Below, piece by piece: positions 58,632 through 64,000 of a stretch of 64,000 bases of DNA. Within the stretch, counting starts at the first letter, position 1, and each line of letters opens with the position of its first letter. This DNA is from a virus (taxonomy: Duplodnaviria > Heunggongvirae > Uroviricota > Caudoviricetes). The translations under genes and the position numbers were made by a program. The notes beneath the pieces are model-generated. The model was not told where the DNA came from. It did no database searches and saw only the letters and a program-made list of their open reading frames with translations. The stretch lies in the IMG/VR virus record IMGVR_UViG_3300028591_000112, positions 31,934 to 95,933 of that record; one strand, given 5' to 3'.

Positions 58632-60941
58632 CTTAACATTATTTTGAATAAGTTTAACTCCAATAGTAGTTCTTCCTTGAGTATTTAATTCAGTTGCGGG
58701 GATACATATACTATTAGGAGTTCCTATTAATAATAAACTATCATCATTAGTTATTGCGGCCGCACCTGCAAGGTTAATACCTAATTTTAATCCCTTGCCT
58801 CCGCGTCCTTGTAATGAGAACTCAGATATATCACATTTTTTCCCATAACCCTCTACACTAATAAAAGCTATTTCTTTTGTATCTTTAGAGATAGGAATTC
58901 CGCAAACAACCTCATCATCACTAGCTAAATTAATACTTTTTACTCCACTAGTTACTCTACCTATTGCCGCAATATCTTTAGTAGTAAATCTTATGCTCAT
59001 ACCATTTTTAGTACAAACTAAACATTCTTCGTCCTTCATAAATAAAACATTAGCAATACTATCGCCATCTTTTAATTTAATAGCTTGAGTTCCTGTAGAT
59101 TTTTTAATTGATTTATATTCACTTAATAAAGTCTTTTTAAATAAACCTTGTTTTGTTATAAATACTACATAATCAGCATCTAAATCTCTGTCCATACTTG
59201 CGGCAGCAATAATTTTTTCATTTGGTTCCATGCTAATTAAACTAGCTAAATTTTGTCCTTTTGATACATTTGTACCAATAGGTAGTTTATCAACTAATAT
59301 TTTATACATTTTACCTTTATTAGTAAACACTAATAAGTTATCAATAGTATTAGTTTTTATAGTGGCTAAAATTGCATCATCTTCAGATTTAATTCCTTTT
59401 CCGCCTCTTTTTTGAGTTCTAAAACTTGTTTTAGGAATACGTTTAACATCTCCAGTTTGAGATACCATTACAACAACATCTTCAGGGATAACTGTTGCAA
59501 TTTCTTTTTCTTCTTTTGGAACTTCAATTTGTGCTAGTTCAGTTTTTCTTTTATCTCCATATTTTTTAACTAAATCAGATAATCTTGTTCTAATTATTGA
59601 TAATTGAGCATCTTTATTGGTTAATGTATAATTATATCCATCTATATCATGTTCTAACTGGGCTTTTTCTTCATTTAATTCTATCTTTTCTAATTTCGCA
59701 AGAGAACCTAATCTCATAGCTACAATAGATTTTGCTTGGGGTTCAGTAAATTTATATTCTTTAACCAAACCTTCTTTTGCGGCAGCACTTGATTCAGACT
59801 TTTTAATAAATGTAATTATATTATCAATATCTTCCAATGCTTTAATTAATCCATTTACAATCTCTAGGCGGGCTTCCGCAGCATTTAAATCAAATTTAGT
59901 TTCTTTAATTAAACAATTAATGTTATGGTCTAAATATATTTTAATACAATCTTTTAAATTTACTTCTGTTGGAGTTTTATCTATTAAAGCAACTTGATTA
60001 TATGAAAAACTACTTTGTAAATCTGTTTTTGCAAACAATCTATTAGCTATTGCATCAGGATTAACTCCTTTTGCACATTCTACAACTATTCTTAAACCTT
60101 TTTTATTACTTTCATTTCTAATATTTACTATTTCCGCAATATCAGTTTCTGCTACTTCACCTATTTCCGCAATAAGTGCTTCTGTTGTAGTACCATAAGG
60201 AATTTCATAGAATACGATATTTTGTCCTTCAGTTTTATATTTAGCTCTAACTTTTACACTTCCATGTCCTGTTTTCATGATACTTGGAATATCATTCATA
60301 TTAATAACAATTCCGCCTGTTGGAAAATCAGGGCCAGGTAACATTGGTTCTTTACCGTCCATATAATCATATATAGCTGTTGCTACTTCTCCTAAATTAT
60401 GTGGGGCAAAATTACAAGCCATTGCAACACCAATACCTGTATTTGGATTACATAGTAAATTAGGGAATATAGCAGGTAATGTAACTGGCTCTTCTGCATC
60501 TTCAGAGTAATTAGGAATAAAATCTACATTTTGCTTTTTAATTCCTTTTAACATACCGTCTTCTGCAAGTTTAGATAACCTTGCTTCTGTATAACGCATA
60601 TGAGCAGGACCATCTCCATCAATATTTCCATTGGAACCATGGACTTCGATTAGAGGGTACCTCATAATCCAACTTTGGGAAAGACGAATCATTGCTCCAT
60701 ATATTGAACTATCTCCATGAGGATGGTACGACCCCATAACATCTCCTACAATACGAGCAGATTTTACATGTGGCTTAGAACTCCCATATCCACGTTCAAA
60801 AGCCCCCCATAATATCCTTCTAGCTACTGGCTTTAGTCCTGAGGTAGCGTCGGGTATAGCTCTGTCTTCATTTACTGCTGCGGCGTACTCAATAAAATTC
60901 TTACTTAATTCATTTATAATGTCATTAGTTTTGTTATCCAT
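58614..60941 (-). CDS. gyrA: type IIA topoisomerase subunit A (GyrA/ParC-like)
   Basis: RAIPDATSGLKPVARRIL, YHPHGDSSIYGAMIRLSQSWIMRYPL, MRYTEARL (active-site Tyr region). 775 codons without TGA. My own indexing puts the ATG at 60940 (one off from the ORF track). Confidence 0.8.
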   Translation of the reverse strand: MDNKTNDIINELSKNFIEYAAAVNEDRAIPDATSGLKPVARRILWGAFERGYGSSKPHVKSARIVGDVMGSYHPHGDSSIYGAMIRLSQSWIMRYPLIEVHGSNGNIDGDGPAHMRYTEARLSKLAEDGMLKGIKKQNVDFIPNYSEDAEEPVTLPAIFPNLLCNPNTGIGVAMACNFAPHNLGEVATAIYDYMDGKEPMLPGPDFPTGGIVINMNDIPSIMKTGHGSVKVRAKYKTEGQNIVFYEIPYGTTTEALIAEIGEVAETDIAEIVNIRNESNKKGLRIVVECAKGVNPDAIANRLFAKTDLQSSFSYNQVALIDKTPTEVNLKDCIKIYLDHNINCLIKETKFDLNAAEARLEIVNGLIKALEDIDNIITFIKKSESSAAAKEGLVKEYKFTEPQAKSIVAMRLGSLAKLEKIELNEEKAQLEHDIDGYNYTLTNKDAQLSIIRTRLSDLVKKYGDKRKTELAQIEVPKEEKEIATVIPEDVVVMVSQTGDVKRIPKTSFRTQKRGGKGIKSEDDAILATIKTNTIDNLLVFTNKGKMYKILVDKLPIGTNVSKGQNLASLISMEPNEKIIAAASMDRDLDADYVVFITKQGLFKKTLLSEYKSIKKSTGTQAIKLKDGDSIANVLFMKDEECLVCTKNGMSIRFTTKDIAAIGRVTSGVKSINLASDDEVVCGIPISKDTKEIAFISVEGYGKKCDISEFSLQGRGGKGLKLGINLAGAAAITNDDSLLLIGTPNSICIPATELNTQGRTTIGVKLIQNNVKSVVKL

Positions 60942-60942
60942 T

Positions 60943-61656
60943 ATTAAAATCCTCCTTTTCCAATAATTTATCTATTGTTATATTATTAAAATTCTTATAA
61001 GAAATTTCTATCAATTTTTTATTATTATTTATACACCATTGTTTTTTTATTTTATCTCTTTTTATTTGATTTGTCAATTTTTCTTTTGTATTTCAGCCTA
61101 TATTTAATGTTTCATAGTGTTGACTACCTTGATATTCTATTAAAATATTGTATTCAGGAAGAAAAAAATCAAACCTTAACTTAGCATTAGTTTCAGGATT
61201 AATGCAATCTTCAAAAGTTTTTTCTTTTTCAAAAATGATATTATTTTCTTTTAGAAGATTAGATATTCTTTCTTCGCCTAAAGATTTAATGCATCCACAA
61301 GAATGTGTATGTCCTCTTCTTAAATCGATACCATTTACAATGATTTGATTACCGCATTTACATTGACATAATCAAAAAACATCTTTATTAGCATTATTCT
61401 TCTTAGCTTTTTCTATAACTGTCAGCTTCCCATATACATTTCCTATTTCTTCTTTTATAAGAGATGCTCTATTTTTATCATCAGGGCATCGTGTAATTTT
61501 TTGTAAAGAATCAGATCTTACAGAATGAATCTTATCACAATTATCACAAGAGCATAACCAAAATGCTCTTTTTTGTTGATTTGTTCTGTCTATATCTAAT
61601 TTTATTACTGTCAAAGGTCCAAATTTTTGACCTGTTAAATCTTTTCTATTCGGCAT
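60943..61656 (-). CDS. free-standing endonuclease: tandem Cys-rich DNA-binding repeats + Vsr/PD-(D/E)xK-like C-terminal domain (about 237 aa)
   Basis: Two repeats (GQKFGPLTVI...FWLCSCDNC and VYGKLTVI...VFWLCQCKCG...HSCGC); the second Trp is encoded by TGA, giving an internal control for TGA = Trp. C-terminal FDFFLPEYNILIEYQGSQHY resembles the Vsr/DUF559 nuclease core. Inserted between gyrB and gyrA. Confidence 0.5.
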
Positions 61657-62218
61657 TATAAGAAGCCTCTTTACTATGAAGTTTGATGAAATCTTTACGA
61701 CTTTGAATAGCAGTCCCCATTAAATCATTAAATAATTTATCTGCGGCCGCCGCATCATCAACAGTTATTTGTTTAATAATTCTATTATCGGGATCAGTTA
61801 GTGTTTCTTCAGTTTCGTCTACGGACATTTCACCTAAACCCTTCATTCTATTAACAGTTATTTTTTTATCTCCTATTGATTTTTTAAATTCTTCTAATTC
61901 TTCATCATTTTTAATATATTTATATTCTTTACCTATTGTTACTTTATATAATGGTGGAACTCCTGCATATATATATCCATCTTCAATTAATTGAGGACAG
62001 AAATTCCATATAAAAGTATAGAACAAATTTTTAATATGCGCTCCATCAACATCAGCATCAGATTCAATAATAATTTTGCCATATCTTAAACTATCTTTAT
62101 CATAAGTAACTTGCATAGTTTTAGTATCAATATATAATCCAAAAGCATCTATCATAGTCATAATTTCCGCATTTTTTTGTATTTTATCTAAACTTGCTTT
62201 TTGTGTATTAAGTATTTT
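61646..62218 (-). CDS. gyrB: type IIA topoisomerase subunit B (GyrB-like), exon 2
   Basis: Starts KILNTQKASLDKI (completing RG|KILN). Contains GKIIIESDADVDGAHI and YAGVPPLYK. TAG at 61646. Confidence 0.7.
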   Translation of the reverse strand, partial: KILNTQKASLDKIQKNAEIMTMIDAFGLYIDTKTMQVTYDKDSLRYGKIIIESDADVDGAHIKNLFYTFIWNFCPQLIEDGYIYAGVPPLYKVTIGKEYKYIKNDEELEEFKKSIGDKKITVNRMKGLGEMSVDETEETLTDPDNRIIKQITVDDAAAADKLFNDLMGTAIQSRKDFIKLHSKEASYNAE

Positions 62219-63356
62219 CGTTTTCCCTTATATTTCTATAAGAACTGACTATCTCTTACTCTCTGAGTTTGTCATCACTCTTCTTCGAGCACTCCATTTC
62301 GAACTGCGTATCAATAGCAGCCCTACTCCCAGTCTAACCCGGGATAGTCGATACATGAGTTAATCTACATTTTTATAAGTTTCTCTTTTTATAATTGCTG
62401 CAATAGAACTTTCAGATAAATTATATTTTTCTCCTAATTCTCTATAACTAACAACTCCTTTTTTATAAGAATTTCTTATTTCTTTTACTTGGACATTAGT
62501 AAGTTTTGCATTAGTATGTCTTACCTGTTCTTTGTTTGGAATATTTCCAACAGTGACATAAGTTTGACCTAAAACTATTCTTTTAAAAGTTTGTTGATTT
62601 GAATATAAATCTTTAAAATCTTGATAAATTTCTTTTATTGGTTCTCCATCAATATATCTTTGTCTAATATCCCAAACTTGTTGATTTGTTAGTTTTGCTC
62701 GAGGATGATTTTCACTCATTAAAGATTTATTTTGTTCCCTTGTTTTTTGTCTTTTTAATTCGGTTTCTTCAGAATAAATATTTGGACTCCAGTATTGTCC
62801 ACCTTCAGTTGAATTATATCCATTTTTAAAAGTATCAAATTCTTTTATATATTTAATTTCTAAATCATCTAATTCTTTTTCTTCACATAGTTTTAATATA
62901 ATTACTTCAAAATTATCAATTCCATATTTTCTAAGAGCTTGATAAAACTTAGTATTATAATTACAATTATTTTCATTCTTATAATCTACTAAATGATGAC
63001 TTTGAAATCTTTTTCTAATATTTTTGCTTTGTCCAATATATTTTTTATTGTTTATTAAATTTACTACCATATAAATTCCACTATTAGCTGGTAGATTTTC
63101 TATATTTTTCATATTTATCTCTCCTTTGTCAATAATATATGAAAAATAGTTTTAAGTATTTATATATTTTTGTCCGTTTTTAGTATTTTAGATTAACATT
63201 TTCACACGGGATTACCTTCGCCTAAACATATTTTGACATATATGTGTAACGGTCAGGCTTCCCCGTTAGCATACATTTCTGTACACCCCACTGATAAGTG
63301 GTTAGAAGTGTAGAGGCAAATATTATTTCGGTATAGCCTTACGCTATCCTAAGTCT
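62219..63356 (-). other. group I intron interrupting gyrB at PVRG|KILN (TOPRIM)
   Basis: 5' exon ends AGAGGT (U). Intron ends ...gaaaacg (G). Core GUAUCGACUAUCCC and CAGCCCTACTCCC are identical to the nrdD intron. Carries a GIY-YIG ORF. Confidence 0.65.
62360..63112 (-). CDS. GIY-YIG homing endonuclease within the gyrB intron (250 aa)
   Basis: RBS acaaaggagagataaatATG. GIYMVVNLINNKKYIGQS...KYIKEFDTFKNGYN. TAA stop, no TGA. Confidence 0.75.
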   Translation of the reverse strand: MKNIENLPANSGIYMVVNLINNKKYIGQSKNIRKRFQSHHLVDYKNENNCNYNTKFYQALRKYGIDNFEVIILKLCEEKELDDLEIKYIKEFDTFKNGYNSTEGGQYWSPNIYSEETELKRQKTREQNKSLMSENHPRAKLTNQQVWDIRQRYIDGEPIKEIYQDFKDLYSNQQTFKRIVLGQTYVTVGNIPNKEQVRHTNAKLTNVQVKEIRNSYKKGVVSYRELGEKYNLSESSIAAIIKRETYKNVD

Positions 63357-64000
63357 ACCTCTCACTGGCATTACCGCTTGGAACTCATTATCTCTTGCTG
63401 ATTTTAAGTTTCCGCTTGCGGAATCTCCCTCTGTGATATATATTTCACATTTGTTTCTATCTTTTGAATAACAATCAGCAAGTTTACTATCAAATTTTAA
63501 TGCTTTTTCTTTTTTCTTATTAGTTTCTCTTACTCTCTCACGAGCGTTTTTAGCTGCCTCTCTAGCTTTACGAGCGGCTGCCGCCTTATCAAAAATAGTT
63601 TTAATTTCTTTTTCATTATTAACTAACCAATATTGTAAATTAGTAGCAATAATAGTAGAGAAATTGCTCATATCTAATTTAGTAACAGTTGATTTTACTT
63701 GTGCATCATATGCAACATTAGGGGCAGTCATATTAAATACTATATACATACCTTCTTGTATATCATCTCCTGTTAAATTTTCTTCTTTATCTTTTAACCA
63801 TTTTTTATCTTTAAAGAATTTATTAAATTCTCTTGTAATTATAGTTTTAACTTGCGTTATATGAGGGCCTTTCTCTGTAAGACCTGTATTTACATAAGGA
63901 ATTAATGTTAATGAATAATTAGATGTATATGTTAATACCATGTCTAATTTTTCTTTTCCTTCTGCATACTTCATGTCAAATCTATTTGATATAATTTCTT
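63357..64000 (-). CDS. gyrB: type IIA topoisomerase subunit B (GyrB-like), exon 1 (3' part; N-terminus beyond the window)
   Basis: Transducer domain LTGDDIQEGMYIVFNMTAPNVAYDAQVKS and TOPRIM start EIYITEGDSASGNLKSARDNEFQAVMPVRG. The reading frame continues upstream past 64000. Confidence 0.7.

Noticed and set aside
1-64000. Possibility that this is a chromosomal region or prophage of a Mollicutes bacterium, with native code 4.
   Set aside because: There is a holin and a peptidoglycan-targeting M23/SH3b lysin. No cellular housekeeping genes are present. TGA avoidance is gene-class specific. I could not fully exclude this without host context, so it is kept as an alternative in the findings.

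Overview
This 64-kb window is a fragment of a large tailed phage or prophage genome. It is AT-rich and gene-dense, and it only reads as intact genes under genetic code 4 (TGA = Trp; TAA and TAG are the only stops). The region 1-27.5 kb on the + strand is a late module: tape measure protein (5' partial), a 2195-aa tail-tip protein, an FN3/tail-collar fibre, holin, an M23/SH3b endolysin, two large modular tail fibres, small accessory genes and two large structural proteins. It converges at a bidirectional terminator (27515-27547) on a minus-strand early/middle module spanning 27.6-64 kb. That module encodes RuvC, glycosyltransferases with a methyltransferase, flotillin, dUTPase, peptide deformylase, a phosphoesterase, NrdG/NrdD, guanylate kinase, DnaE-type Pol III alpha, a Dda-like helicase, RecJ, DnaG, DnaB, a Sak4-like ATPase, LigA and type IIA topoisomerase subunits. 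No tRNA, CRISPR array, integrase or reverse transcriptase was seen. Four things stand out. First, nrdD, dnaE and gyrB are each split by a group I intron carrying a GIY-YIG homing endonuclease, and the introns share core sequence. Second, TGA use is bimodal: absent from many long early genes, dense in late genes. Together with a peptidoglycan-targeting lysin this points to a stop-codon-recoded phage of a walled (probably Firmicutes) host rather than a Mollicutes phage. Third, in-frame TGAs sit at domain junctions and create fusion proteins (methyltransferase-GT2-GT8; TM/coiled-coil-GIY-YIG). Fourth, the tail fibres carry tandem, recombining receptor-binding cassettes.
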